Below the pieces are notes generated by a model, which was given only the letters and a program-made list of their open reading frames with translations, was not told where the DNA came from and did no database searches. Positions 38,381 to 54,200 of a stretch of DNA of 64,000 bases are shown here, in pieces. Within the stretch, counting starts at the first letter, position 1, and every line of letters starts with the position of its first letter. The stretch is from the human T2T-CHM13v2.0 reference genome, Homo sapiens. The translations under genes were made by a program, and so were the position numbers. The stretch lies in the NCBI RefSeq assembly GCF_009914755.1, contig NC_060931.1. One strand, 5' to 3'.

Positions 38381-39574
38381 TAATCAGTCCTAAGGCCCCA
38401 GGCCCTGCTCTGTCATTGACTGTCATTTTGAGTGAGTCATTTGATCTCTGGGTCTTTTTCCCACTTATAAAAAATGAGGGTGGGAGCTGGGTGCCTAGAT
38501 TTGTTTGTAATATTTAATCTCATTTTGATGCATGCAGGGTCTGTGCTAATAGCCTCCCTTTTATTCCTGATGCTGGTCATTTGCATCCTCTCTTTTTGCT
38601 TTTTTTTTTTTCTTTGATTAGTCTGGCTAGGGATTTCTTATTTTTAATTGATCTTTTCGAAGAGCCAACATTTGGTTTAATTGATTTTTTAAATGTTTCT
38701 ATTTTAACTTCACTGATTTCTACTCTTACATTTTTATTTTAATTTTTATTTTTTGAGATGGAGTCTTGCTCTGTCACCCAGGCTGGAGTGCAGTGGCGCA
38801 ATCTTGGCTCACTGCAACCTCCACCTCCTGGGTTCAAGCGATTCTCTTACCTCAGCTTGGGAGTAGCTAGGATTACAGGCACATGCAATCACGCCTGGCT
38901 AATTTTTGTATTTTTAGTAGAGATGGAGTTTTACCATGTTGGCCAGGCTGGTGTTGAACTCCTGGCCTTAAGAGATCTGCCTGCCTCAGCCTCCCAAAGT
39001 GTTGGGACTAGAGGTGTGAGCCACCCCTCCCAGCCTGCTCTTATATTAATTCTATTTCCTTCTTTCTGTTTGTTTTGTGGTTATTTTGCTCTTTTTCTAG
39101 TTTCTTAAAATGGAAGCTCAGATTCTTAAGTTTTTTTTTTTTTATTATTGCTTCTTCTGTAAGCATTTAGGGCTATGAATTTACCTAAAGTTTACTTTGG
39201 CTGCATCTCACAGAATTTGGCGTTTTTTTTTTTAAGAGATGGCATCTCCCTTTATTGCCCAGGTCAGACTGCAGTGGTGTAATCATAGCTCATTGAAGCC
39301 TCAAACTCCTGAGCTCCAGGAATCCTCCCACCACAGTCTCTCAAATACTTGGGACTACAGGTATGCGCCACCATGCCCTGCTGACAGGTTTTTATATGTT
39401 TTATTTTTTTTAATTGAGGTGAAAGTCACGCACCTTTTTTTCTTTTTTTCTTTTTTTTTTTTTTGAGACAGGGTCTCACTCTGTTGCCTGTGCTGGAGTG
39501 CAGTGGTGTGATTATAGCTCTCTGCAGCCTTTAATTCCTGGGCTGAAGCAATCCTCCCACCTTATCCTGAGTAG

Positions 39575-39865
<291 letters not shown>

Positions 39866-40441
39866 TGAGCCACTGTGCCTGGCCCGACTCAGGCTAATTT
39901 TTTATTTTTAGTTTTTGTAGAGATGGGATCTCACTGTGTTGCCAGGCTGGTCTTGAACTCCTGGTCTCAAGCGATCCTCCTACCTCAGCCTTCCAAGGTG
40001 CTGGGATTACAGGCATGAGCCACCACACCCAGTCCATATACCATTTTAAAGCATACAATTCAGGCTGGGCACGGTGGCTCACATCTATAATCCCAGCACT
40101 TTGGGAGGCCGAGGCGAGCAGATCACCTGAGGTCAGGAGTTCAAGACCAGCCTGGCCAACATGGTGAAACCCCATCTCTACTAAAAATACAAAATTAGCC
40201 GGGCATGGTGGCGCATGCCTGTAATCCCAGCTACTTGAGAGTCTGAGGCAGGAGAATCACTTGAACCCAGTAGGCAGAGGTTTCAGTGAGCCGAGATCGC
40301 GCCATTGCACTCAAGCTTAGGCAACAAGAGTGAAACTCATGAAAAAAAAAACAAAAAACAAAAAACTGTGGACAGGATAGTTTCATCTACCTGTCTTCAT
40401 GTGTTCAGTGGTTTCCATCTGCTCAAATGAATTCAAAATAG

Positions 40442-40689
<248 letters not shown>

Positions 40690-40758
40690 TGATTCCTTTC
40701 AATAATTTCTATTTTTTTCCTTTTTTATTTTTTTCTATAAGCTTTAGTTTGTCTATAA

Positions 40759-40968
<210 letters not shown>

Positions 40969-41506
40969 TGAGGCTGGTCTTGAAATCCTGGCCTCAGGTG
41001 ATCTGCCTGCCTCAACCTCCCAAAGTGCTGGAATTACAGGCATGAGCCACTGCCCCTCACCTGTCTATGATATTTTCTATTTCTGTATCGATGTTCTGCA
41101 TTTTGTTGAGACATTGTTCTCCTTGTATCCTTTAACTCTTTATTCATCGTTTCTTTTAGCTTTTTGAGCAGATTTCAGACAGCTGATTTAAAGTCTTTGT
41201 CTAGTACTTTCAATGTCTGTGCTTCCTTAAAGACAATTTGTTTCTTTTGTGAATGGGCTGTACTCTCTTATGTCACTGCATGGTTTGTAATTTTTTTTTG
41301 AAAATTGGAGTCAGGCACAGTGATTCACATCTATAATACCTTTTCCCCCCAAAAAGAAAAAAGTAAAATTAAAAAGAAAAAAAGAGGCCAGGCATAGTGC
41401 CTCACGCCTGTAATCTCAGCACTTTGGGAGGCCAAGGTGGGCAGATTGCCTGAGGTCTGGAGTTCAAGACCAGTCTGGCCAACATGGTGAAACCCCATCT
41501 CTACTA

Positions 41507-41680
<174 letters not shown>

Positions 41681-42931
41681 TCAGATATTTTGAGTATTAT
41701 AATGGGGTAACTGGAAATTATTTTATCCTCCCCACCATCCCTGGGTTTGCTTTTGCTGTGGGCTGTAGCTGTTTGTTCAGTGACTTTCTAAACCATTTTT
41801 GCAAAGTTTGTCTTCTTTTACATGTGCAATCTCTGAAAGTCTCTCTGCCATTAGCTTGTGTTCAACTAGTGTTTTAACAGAGATTTCCTTGAATGCCAGG
41901 AGCCAAAAACGAGAAAAAAAAAGAAAAACCCAGCTCTTTCCCTCTTTGTGGATTGCCACTGTGCTGGGGCACTGGAGCAGTCCTTCAGGGCTTAGCCAGT
42001 CTGTGTACAACTTTTTATTTATTTATTTTTTAAGATAGAGTCTTGCCCTGTCACCTAGGCTTGAGTGCAGTGGCACGATCTCGGCTCACTGCAGCCTCTG
42101 CCTCCCAGGTTCAAGTGATTCTCTGCCTGAGCATCCTGAGTAGCAGGGATTACAGGCTTGTGCCGCCACACCTGGCTAATTTTCCACCACACCTGGCTAA
42201 TTTTTGTATTTTTTAGTAGAGACGGGGGTTTCACCATGTTGGCCAGGCTGGTCTCGAACTCCTGGCCTCAAGTGATCTGCCCGCCTCGGCTTCCCAAAGT
42301 GCTAGGATTACAGGCATGAGCCACTGCACCCGGCCCAGTCTGTGTACAGCTTTGCCCTAGGCTTTACTCCCTGCCTGCAGGGAGGATGGAGAGGAGCCAC
42401 AGATGAAAGCTCAGCATCCTTTCTCAGGTCTATTCTGAGAATGTGCTCTGCACTCAGCATGTGCATGGCTACTGAAATTCCATAGTACACATGGGCAGGT
42501 CTGAATTTCAGTACCCGAATTTCCCATAGAAACTCTCCACAACTTCTCCCATGCTGTTAGCACGCCTCTAGTTTGCCTCAACTGTAATCTTTTGCCTAGG
42601 CATCAGTGGGGTATGCATTTGATTTACAGTGTTTTCAAGGAATACCCTCTGTGTGGCCACTTTTCTGCCCTACGTGAGTTCTGGGTTAGGTGAAACAAAG
42701 GCAGATCAGTCCTTTTGGCAGCCCTCGGGCAGCTGAGAACAGGAAAACACAATGCTTTGAGAATAAGGTCTGCTCTGTTGCCTTCAATACCAGAAACCAC
42801 GCTGGGAATGTGGGCTGCCATCTTCAAGGCTCCCACTGAACTATGGAAGGTTGTGGGGCAAGGGCAAGTAAAAAAACCCAGTTTTCCTACCATTTTGAAG
42901 TTGCTTTTTTCTTGATTCAGTGTTCATTTGG

Positions 42932-43291
42932 AGTATTAGTCAGTTTTCACACTGCTGGAAAGAATTGCCTGAGCCTGGGTAATTTATAAAGAAAGGAGGT
43001 TTAATTGATTCACAGTTCCACTTGGCTGGGGAGGTCTCAGGACACTTACAATCATGGTGGAAAGCTAACAAGAAGCAAGTACCCTCTTCACTGGCTGGCA
43101 GGAGAGAGGAGAGAGTGCAGGGGAAACTGCCACTTAAAAACCATCAGATCTCGTGAGAACTCCCTCGCTATCACGAGAACACCATGGGGTGAACCGCGCC
43201 CGTGATCCAATCACCTTCCACCAGGTCCCTCCTTGACCCCTGGGGATTACAATTCAGGATGAGATGTGTGTGGGGACAAAGAGCCACATCA
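42932..43291 (-). mobile_element. MaLR solo LTR (THE1D/MSTA type)
   Basis: gtattagtc...ctgggtaatttataaagaaaggaggtttaattg...ccatcagatctcgtgagaact...ggggattacaattc. Confidence 0.8.
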
Positions 43292-43628
43292 GATGATTTG
43301 GTTATTGTAAACCTTTGATTATTTTTCTACAGTTCTCATGAAGTTGATTCAGGCAGTTTTGCTTGGTTTATCAATGTTTCTGTGGGGGGATGGGGACTTG
43401 GAGATACCTACTCTGCCATTTTTGCTGATATCAGTCAACACGTTATATTTTCACTTTTAAATAATTCAATATGTTTTCCAGTTTCCCTTGCGACTTACTC
43501 TTTGACCCATGAATTATTTAAAAGTGTATTTAATTTCCATGTGTTTAGAGATTTTCTGGTTTCTTTTTTAAATTGATTTAGTTTAATTCTTTTACGGTCA
43601 CAGAACATATTTTGTATGATTTCAGTTA

Positions 43629-44072
<444 letters not shown>

Positions 44073-45677
44073 TTACTGTATTGTTTGCTGATTTTCTTTG
44101 CTGTTTTTTTCCTGTAATGGTCTAAGCTTCCGTATATCCTGTTTCTTTGTATATTTTATAGTTTTTTGTTGAGAACGTTGCATTTTAAGTGTTACAATGT
44201 AATGACCCTCAAAATGTGATTCTCTCAGTCACCTGGGATTGCTGGGTTTTGCTTGTTGAGGTCTGGAGCTCTCGGTTTGTTACTTTTCCAAACTATTTTT
44301 GCAAAGCGTTTCTTCCTTGTGTTTGTGTGGTCACTGAAATTTCTGTGTCATTATCTCTGCAGTCAGCCAGCCACCTAACATCGATTTCCTTAAATAGGGG
44401 GCTTTAAATGGGGTGAGGCAGAGGAGGATTTTGTCTCTTTAATAAAATCTTCTGAAGGATGTCCCTGGGGAAGCCACTGTTGCTGAGAGGGCCAAATAAA
44501 CCAAGGCAAGCATCCGGGCTGGTCCTCAGAGACCCATTGGACCCACCAAGGTGCAGAACCCACGGTTTTGGAGGACAGAGTTCCGCTGCTCGCCCTGGCA
44601 TCAGCCAGCTGCTTCGGGAACTCAGGCTCAGGAATTGGGGAGTGTTGGCTGGTTGGCACATGCCACTCACTGGTGAAGATCAGCAGCCTCTCCCTTCATT
44701 GTTTAAGTATGTCTCTGGTTGTTAGGAGTTTCTGGTCATGTTTCAGAGTTCCAAAAGAGCTGATTCCAATCACTCTTTCTAGCTCAGTGGTTGCTTCAGT
44801 GAAGGGACTGATCTCTACACTACAGCTTCCTACTCTGCCATCTTATGTGACTATTGATATTTATTTATTTATTTATTGAGACAGAGTCTTACTCTGTTGG
44901 CTGGAGTGCAGTGGTGCAGTCACGGCTTACTGCAGCCTTGACCTCCTGGGCTTGAGTGGTTCTCTCACCTCAGCCTCCCGAGTAGCTGGGACTATAGGTA
45001 TGTGCCCCCATGCCTGGCTAATCTTTTTTTTTTTCTTTTTGTAGAGATGGGGTCTCACTATCATGCCCAGGCTGGTCTCAAACTCCTGAGCTCAAGTGAT
45101 TCCCCCCGCCTCGGCCCCCTAATGTACTGGGATTACAGGCATAAGCTACCACACTTGGCCATGAGTCATTTTTAAAAAAACAGATTCCAACAACCTTTTT
45201 GATTGCTGTGTTTAGAAGATTTATACTTAATTTTAGATGGGTTTTTATTATCTCTTTTCTAAGTTGTTCCCTCTGGGTTTTTTTATACCTGTTTGCCTTT
45301 TCTTGCCTTTTTATGGGGTATTTAGACATTTCTTAGTATGCCATTTAACTTCATATGCCGTGCTAAATCAATTCAGTATGCCATTTAGTATATATTTTTG
45401 TATAGGATTTTATAGGTGGCTGTAGAGATTATATTATACATACTTATGATTGTTGGCTAGTATCAACCTTTTACCAGTTCAAGTGGAATGTAGAAACTCT
45501 ACTTCTTTCTAGGCCCCTTTGCCCTTTTTTATGGTATTGTTGTCTTGAATATCACCTCTACATATGTTGAGAACCACGTGAGATAATGTTATGATTTTGC
45601 TTTCGCCCATCAAATATAATTTTTAAACTCAAGAAATTATATTCACCCAGATATTTACCGTCTTATTGCTTTTTTAA

Positions 45678-45866
<189 letters not shown>

Positions 45867-45869
45867 TGA

Positions 45870-46100
<231 letters not shown>

Positions 46101-46385
46101 TGAATGTGAGAGCGTTTGCTGTTGTCCCATTGTTCTTTTTTTGTGTGTGTGTTTGTTTTCTCTCTGTTGGTCAAATGGGATTATTTCTATGTAATTTTTT
46201 TTCTTATGGCAAGATTGTTATGATACAGATTGGATCATTTCTGCTGCTCTATCATCAAGGTCACCAATTTTTTTCTCTGTTGTATCTCCATTCTGCTATT
46301 GAGTTCACCCATTGAGTTTTTTACTTAGTTATTGTAATTTCTAGTTCTGAAATTACAACGTAGTTCTTCTACATATCTTCAATGA

Positions 46386-47435
46386 TGTCGGGGGAACCCG
46401 CCCCTGATAATTCAACGTGAGTCCTTTTCTATTTTCCCTAAGTGTCAGCCAGTCTGAGAAATAAAGGGAAAGAGTACAAAGAGAGAAATTTTTAAAGCTG
46501 GGTGTCCGGGGGAGACATCACATGTCGGCAGGTTCCGTGATGCCCCCAAAGCTGCAAAACCAGCAAGTTTTTATTAGTAATTTTCAAAAGGGGAGGGAGT
46601 CTATGACTAGGGTGTGGGTCACAGAAATCACATGCTTCACAAGGTAATAAAATATTACAAGGCAAATGGAGGCAGGGCGAGATCACAGGACCAGGGCAAA
46701 ATTAAAATTGCTAATGAAGTTTTGGGCATGCATTGTCATTGATAACATCAGGAGACAGGTTTGAGAGCAGACAACCGGTTTGACCAAAATTTATTAGGCG
46801 GGAATTTCCTCGTCCTAATATGCCTGGGAGTGCTATGGGAAACGGGAACTTATTTCCTCCCTTATCTGCAACCGTAAAAGACAGACGTTCCCAGAGCGGC
46901 CATTTTAGAGCCCTCCCCCTAGGAACGCATTCTCTTTCTCAGGGCTGTTCCTTGCTGAGAAAAAGAATTCAGCGTTATTTCTCCTATTTGCTTTTGAAAG
47001 AAGAGAAATATGGCTCTGTTCCACCCAGCTCTCAGGCAGCCAGACCTAATGGTTATCTCCCTTGTTCCCTGAACATTACTGTTATCCTGTTCTTTTTTCA
47101 AGGTGCCCAGATTTCATATTGTTTAAACAATTTGTGCAGTTAACGTAATCATCACAGGGTCCTGAGGCGACATACATCCTCAGTTTACGAAGATGATGGG
47201 ATTAAGAGATTAAAGACAGGCATAGAAAATCACAAAAATATTGATTGGGGAAGTGATAAATGTCCATGAAATCTTCACAATTTATGTTCAGAGATTGCAG
47301 TAAAGACAGGTGTAAGAAATTATAAAAGTATTAATTTAGGGAACTAATAAATGTCTATGAAATCTTCACAATTTATGTTCTTCTGCCATGGCTTTAGCTG
47401 TTCCCTCTGTTCGGGGTCCCTGACTTCCTGCAACA
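46386..47435 (-). mobile_element. MER11 solo LTR (ERVK class)
   Basis: Minus strand begins TGTTGCAGGAAGTCAGGGACCCCGAAC; 1050 bp; 6-bp TSD caatga/cagtga. Confidence 0.9.
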
Positions 47436-48310
47436 CAGTGAGACTTTATATTTTTCAGTGTGTTTCGAGAGTGTTCATAATTACTTCTTGGGCCATTTAT
47501 AAGATAGCTCATCTAAAATCCCTATGCAATAATTCCAACATCTTTGTCATCTTAGTGTTACCATCTGTTGATTGTCTTTCCTCATTCAGATTTTTTCTGG
47601 TTTTTAGTATGAGGAGTAATTTTTCTGGGTTCAGATTTTTCTGGTTCTTAGTATGAGGAATAAGTTTTAACTTTATCCTGGACACTTTGAGTGTTATGTT
47701 ATGAGGCTGTATGTAGTTCCTGTATAAATATTCTATATTAGCAGGCACTCAACCTGTTTAGATTCGGGTTGCACTTTCTGTGGCCAGCAGGGCTCTGGTT
47801 CTAAGATCAATTTAGTTTTCTAAGTTTTTGCAGAGCTCTTCTGGCCTCCCACACCTGTGTGCAACCCAGAGGCCAATTTGTTTTTTTGTTGTTGTTTGGA
47901 GACAGTGTCTTGCTCTGTTGCCCTGGCTGGAGTGCAATGGCCCAGTCATAGCTCACTGCAGCTGTAACCTCCCAGACTCAGTCACTCCTTCTTCTCAACC
48001 TCCTGAGTAGCTGGGACCAGCGGTACACACTACCATGCCCAGCTAATTTTTTATATTTAGTAGAGACAAGGTCTCACTCTGTTGCCCAGGCTGATCTTGA
48101 ACTCCTGGGCTCAAGTGTTCCTCCCATCTCGGCCTCCCACAGTGTTGGGATTACAGGCATGAGCCACTGCACCCAGCCCTGGAGGCCAGTTTGAAACCTC
48201 AGAGTATTCCACATTGCCGTTGAGCTCTCAAAGCTTTTGCTGTGTTGATCCTGGTTGTTTTCACACATGGGCACTTCGAGGGCATGGCCAGGACTTCTAC
48301 ACATATTTAA

Positions 48311-48675
48311 CCCATTTCCCATTTAGGAAAAAAAAAGTGCAGCTTGCTGCTAGCGTTCATTTAATTTTGCATAAACACACTTTTGAGACTGAAGTAAATC
48401 TGACTGATTTTCAATGCGAAAATAAAATATGAAAACTGGGTTTGGCCTTCTTCCAAGTGTACTTTCCTTCCCTTCCTTCCTTTCTTTACTGCTTTAAAGC
48501 TTTTTAATATACTTTCACTCCTGTTCTAAAAGAAAAAAATATATATCAACTGTTCTTGGAGTTATTATTAAACAGAACTTGTCTTTAATCCGAATGTAAC
48601 AGAAATGTACACGACGTTATATTAGGATTAGAGAGGAATATTCTGCGGTGGGTGGGACGGGGAACGGGAAATGGG
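48311..48675 (-). mobile_element. MER75B piggyBac-derived element with a ~100-bp insertion
   Basis: Terminal inverted repeats CCCATTTCCC / GGGAAATGGG; TTAA at 48307-48310; internal taatcc..atgtaac / gttatattaggatta inverted repeat. Confidence 0.8.
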
Positions 48676-50745
48676 TTGGAGAATCCTTGCTTCTAGCTCC
48701 TCACTGTCTTTGAGAGAGGATGGGGTGCCACCTTGTTACTGTGGTTCAGTCTTGTGCAGGTTGTGGATGGTCAGCAGGGCCCTTCCACACAGTCTTTCCA
48801 GTGCTTGGTGGAGAGGGGAGAGATGCCACCTCTGCTTGTGTTGGCCCAAGGTGGGGAGGGTCAACAGGTCTTTGTTCCACAGTGTCTACAGTATCTGGGG
48901 CAGGGGAAGGTGCAGCTTTTTTCAGGCTGTTTTCCTAGAGTAGGGTGTGTGTAGTCAAAAGGGCACTGTCCCGCAGGGCCGCCCTCTTCGCTGTCATTTG
49001 GCTCGAAAGATGAGGCTCCTTTTGCGGGGGTTAGGGGATGAAGGGGGCACTGGGATTTCCTGGTTGTAGACTCTGCTCTAACAGATAAGACAGGGTATAT
49101 AGGAGGCCAAAGAACAAACCATCAAACCACCCCAGGAACTCACCACTGGGTCAGCCCTTCTCTTCTCTACCTTTCCAGAATTTGTTGGTTTGATTGATTG
49201 GATCGTTGCTTCATGTATTTATTTATTTGTTTTTAATTGAGATAGTCTGGCTATGTCCGCCAGGTTGGAGTACAATAGCGCAATCTTAGCTCACTGCATT
49301 CTCCACCTCCTGGGTTGAAGCAGTTCTGCCTCAGCCTCCCTAGTAGCTGGGATTACTGGCGCTCGCCACCACGCCCAGCTCATGTTTGTATTATTAGTAG
49401 AGATGGAGTTTCACCATTTTGGCCAGGCTGGTCTCAAACTCCTGACCTCAGGTGATCTGCCTGCCTCGGCCTCCCAGAGTGCTGGGATTACAGGCATGAG
49501 CCACCGTGCCCAGCTGCTTCATGTATTTTGAACAGGGGTTTTAGTTGTAATTAGAAGAGAAATGTAATGGGTGTGCTTATTCCATCTCCTATGGAACTGG
49601 AAACAACATTTGGCATTGAAAATTGTTGTCTTGATAACCTTCAGGGTGTTACTTCTCATTTTAGCGGCAATACATTTTGCTTCCGTGTGATGAAACATCC
49701 TACCCATTTGCATGTTGATTGTGTCTCATGTCCCATCTCGCAACAGGCAGTAAAACCCCATCTCCAGCCCAAAGCACCTTGCTAAAGAGCCTGCACCGCA
49801 GTCACTGTGCCTTTGCGCTCTGGCTCGTGCGACCTCTCCAGATCTTCTTCCTCATTTCGTCTGTTCACTGGGGCCCTCTTCTCCCTGTGACTCGCCTCAG
49901 CCTTTTCACTCCTTGCTGGACATGGAGTAGGACTATTGGGAGGATGAAATAGACGAATGCGTGGCAAGCATGTAGGAGAGCCTGTGGCACAGAAGCAGCA
50001 CTCGGTACATGGTGCTTGTTGTTATATCCCTAGTTTTGACATAACCTCAGCCTCAAGTAAAAGATAACCCAAACTCCCACCAAAGTACAAGAGTCAGATT
50101 CCTGTTCACTTCTGTTTATAAATGAACTTTCTATTTTTTTAAGAGCAGGGTTGCACTCTGTCACCCAGGCTGGAGTGCAGTGGAGCGATCATACCTCACT
50201 GCAGCGTTGACTTCCTGGGTTCAAGGGATCCTCCTGCCTCAGCCTCCTGAGTAGCTGGGACTACAGGTTCACGCTACCATGCCCAGCTAGTTGTTGTTGT
50301 TTTGGTACAGATGAGATCTCTGCTATGTTGCCCAGGCTAGTCTTGAACTCTTGGGCTCAAGCAGTCCTCCCTCTTTGGCCTCCCAAAGTGCTGGGAGTAC
50401 AGGCATGAGCCACTGCGCCTGGCCTGGATGAAGTTTTTCCTCATGCAGTACTCTGCACACCTTTAGTGAGTGCTCGCCACGCACCATATCCTATGTGAGG
50501 GATCAAAAGATAGGCGAGATACAGCCCATGTCTTCAAAGAGCCCACAGGCCAGAGTGGGAGAAATAAGACACGCAGCACAGTGCAGTAAACTGATAGGAA
50601 TGTAATGAAAAGAGACACGGGAGAGAGGGGACCCCAAAGGGAGGGTGGCCATATGTTTGGGACTGAGGACAGGTTCCCAGAGGTGGTGACAGTTGGGCTG
50701 AATCTTAAAAGATAAGTGGGTTTTCTGGCCGGGCGTGGTGGCTCA

Positions 50746-51195
<450 letters not shown>

Positions 51196-52097
51196 TTACA
51201 AGGCTCTTCATCATCAGGTCCCTACTTAACTCTAATTTCATCTCTTGTCTTATCTATTATTTAGTCTGATATCATGCATTAATTATATATACTGTACATT
51301 GATACACAGCATTTATTTGAAAGATAAACCTCTTGGATGTGACTCTGGAGACAAGACCAGCAGCTCGAGACCATTCAATCCAAGGTATAAAATGGGAGAA
51401 AATCAGCTCCATCATGGTCTGAATTGAGGATGAGGCAGAAGAGCAGAGAATAGCGGATGCCCAGGTGGCAGCAACTTAACTCTTTTCCTGTGGACTTGCG
51501 GGGTCTCCCCACCTCCACTGCGTCGGGACATGCCGTGTGCCGTCTCTTTATCCATAGCTGCCTCCGGCATCAGCAGAGAAAGTCATGGGCAGATGGAGCC
51601 GTGGATTAGTTCTTTTTTCCAGTCTTCCTTTACTTTATCTGGATAAGATTGGGCAGATTGAATTTGATCTTCTATACTGGGGCCAGGGAGCAGGGTGGAT
51701 CTAGACCATGCAGCTTTTCCCCACTGTCACCAGTTTGGGAGCAGGGATTGGCTGCCATTGTCCTGTCTAGCCTCCGTGTTCCTGGGACACCGCTGACTGG
51801 AGGCTGCTCCTCTTCTAAGGGAGTCTGGCATAGAAGACACGACCCAGAGCACATGGCACCTTCTCTCTTCTCCTGCACCAGTCTCCTTGCCCCTCTGTAT
51901 TGTCATCATACTGAAGCAAACCATCCAACTCACCAGCGTCTCTGGACTCGTTTCATTGATTCCTCTCCCTGAAACTCTTCCTCATTCTCCTTTTAGCCCT
52001 TCACATCCTCAGCCGAAGATCTCACTTCCTCCCAGAGGCCTTTGCTGACTGACCCCTCAGGTAGGCTAAATCCCCATCCTGCGCTTCCATGACAGCC

Positions 52098-52682
52098 TGT
52101 AGCAGATGCTGTTTTCTGCAGGTGGCCACAGCCCTATCTCCCATCCCACACACTCCTCTCATAACATGACCGTGTCACTTCTTCCATCGCGTGGTCGGGG
52201 TTATGTCTCTTTTCTTTGAGCCTATGCACATCTTTGTGATTGCCCTGACCAATAAATAAAGTAGGACAGAAGCGACGCTATGAGATTGCCAAACTTCACT
52301 GTAAAAATGCCATGCCCTTCTGCTGTGTTGTCGTGGAATGCTTGCCCTTAGAAGTAAGCTGCCGGACTGTGATGAAGCCCAAACCAGCCCAAATGGGGAG
52401 ACTGCAAGGAGGGGCCACATGGACAGGTTCTACATAGGTCAGTTGAAGTCCTGGCTGACAGCCAGTATCAGCTCCTGGTTTTGTGAATGAAGATGCCTCT
52501 AAATGATTCCAGCCCCCTCCCACTGATCACACTTAAGACTCCATGTCTTCCCAGCTGAGGCCCCACATGTCGTGGACCAGAGACAAGCCAGGCCTGTTGG
52601 AATCACAGAATCCCGGATGATAATGATTGTTTTTTGCCACTATGTTTTGGATTGGTTTCTGGTGCAATTAGTAACTGAAACA
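52098..52682 (+). mobile_element. MLT1-family MaLR LTR
   Basis: TG...CA ends; 3' gattgttttttgccactatgttttgg...taactgaaaca. Confidence 0.65.
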
Positions 52683-52747
52683 GACTTCACTTCTTTATAC
52701 TCATTAAGGAATGAGACTGTGTCTTTTTTTTTTTTTTTTTAACTTTT

Positions 52748-52804
52748 TGTAGAGATAGGGTCTCGCTGTAGAGATAGGGTCTCGCTGTAGAGATAGGGTC
52801 TCGC
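52748..52804. repeat. 19-bp unit (tgtagagatagggtctcgc) x3 inside an Alu monomer
   Basis: Three exact copies. Confidence 0.9.
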
Positions 52805-53440
52805 CGTATTGCTGAGGATGGTCTTGAACTTCTGGCCTCAAGCGATCCTCCTACCTCAGCCTCCCAAAGTGCTGGGAGCACAGGCGTGAGCCACCATGCC
52901 TGGCCTGACACTGTCTCCAGTGTTTATTGGTGTTTCCTGTGTTGCACAAAGCAGGTGGTGGTAGGTGCACTGTCAATAGTGAGTTTGTGAGTAGAAGGTG
53001 TGTGTTTCTCCTTTTCGTGTGGGTGTCACACAGTTGGTGTCTGTGTGCCTGGAAGCACACACCTGTTTCTGCTTCCAGAGTTGTCTCTGGCCTGCAGTTC
53101 TGTGCTTCCCAGCTTGATCCGTTCCTCTCCAGGAATCTCCTCTCCCTCCCCACCCTGACCCACCTGTTGGTGAGATGCAACTGACTTTCTGCCACATTTT
53201 TTACTTACAGGTGGTACCTGTATTATTCCCTCCACCTCTGCAGGGAAGAGGGTGAAGAAATGAGAGGCTTAGGGGCTCCAAACACAAACTTGACCAGTTT
53301 TACAATTTTGTTAGCAACAATCTTGAGAGAATCAATACAAACTTTAGGTAGCTTGGTACTTTGCCCTTCAGGACAGTTCTTCCCTGGTAATGTTAGATTG
53401 TTGGGGTTAACCATTACTGTGCCATTACAGATGAGCTTCG

Positions 53441-53459
53441 GCTGCCCTCTAGTGGCAGC
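53441..53459 (-). promoter_or_regulatory. CTCF motif
   Basis: Minus strand TGCCACTAGAGGGCAGC fits the CCASYAGRKGGCRS consensus at every position. Confidence 0.7.
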
Positions 53460-53890
53460 AGCAACCTGGATCTCAGGAACAAAGATCATTCTAGCATTGG
53501 GACCAGCTCTGCGTCATGAGTATGTCATCAGTGCCTAGCATATTACCTGGCATCTATTCAGAGCTAATAACTAACTAATATTGATTAACAAACTAGCCAA
53601 CATGCACTGCTTTTTGTTTGTTTTTGAGACGAGTCTCACTCACCTAGGCTGGAGTACAGTGGCACGATCTCGGCTCCTCCTCCGCCTCGCACCTCCCAGG
53701 TTCAAGCAATTCTTCTGCCTCATCCTCCCTAGTAGCTGGGATTACAGGTGTGCACTACTACACCCGGCTAAATTTTTTGTATTTTTAATAGAGACAGGGT
53801 TTCCCCATGTTGGCCAGGCTGGTCTTGAACTCCTGACCTCAGGTGATCCACTTGCTTTGGCCTCCCAAAGCACTGGGATTACAAGTATGA

Positions 53891-54091
<201 letters not shown>

Positions 54092-54200
54092 TAATTTAGT
54101 AATTTTTGTATTTTTAGTCTTGAACTCCTGAGCTCAGGTGATCCACCCACCTTGGCCTCCCAAAGTGTTGGGATTACAGGCGTGAGCCACCGTGCCTGGC

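Noticed and set aside
53223-53538. Opposing 88-aa and 92-aa ORFs in unique sequence
   Set aside because: No family similarity I can recognise; lengths are compatible with chance.
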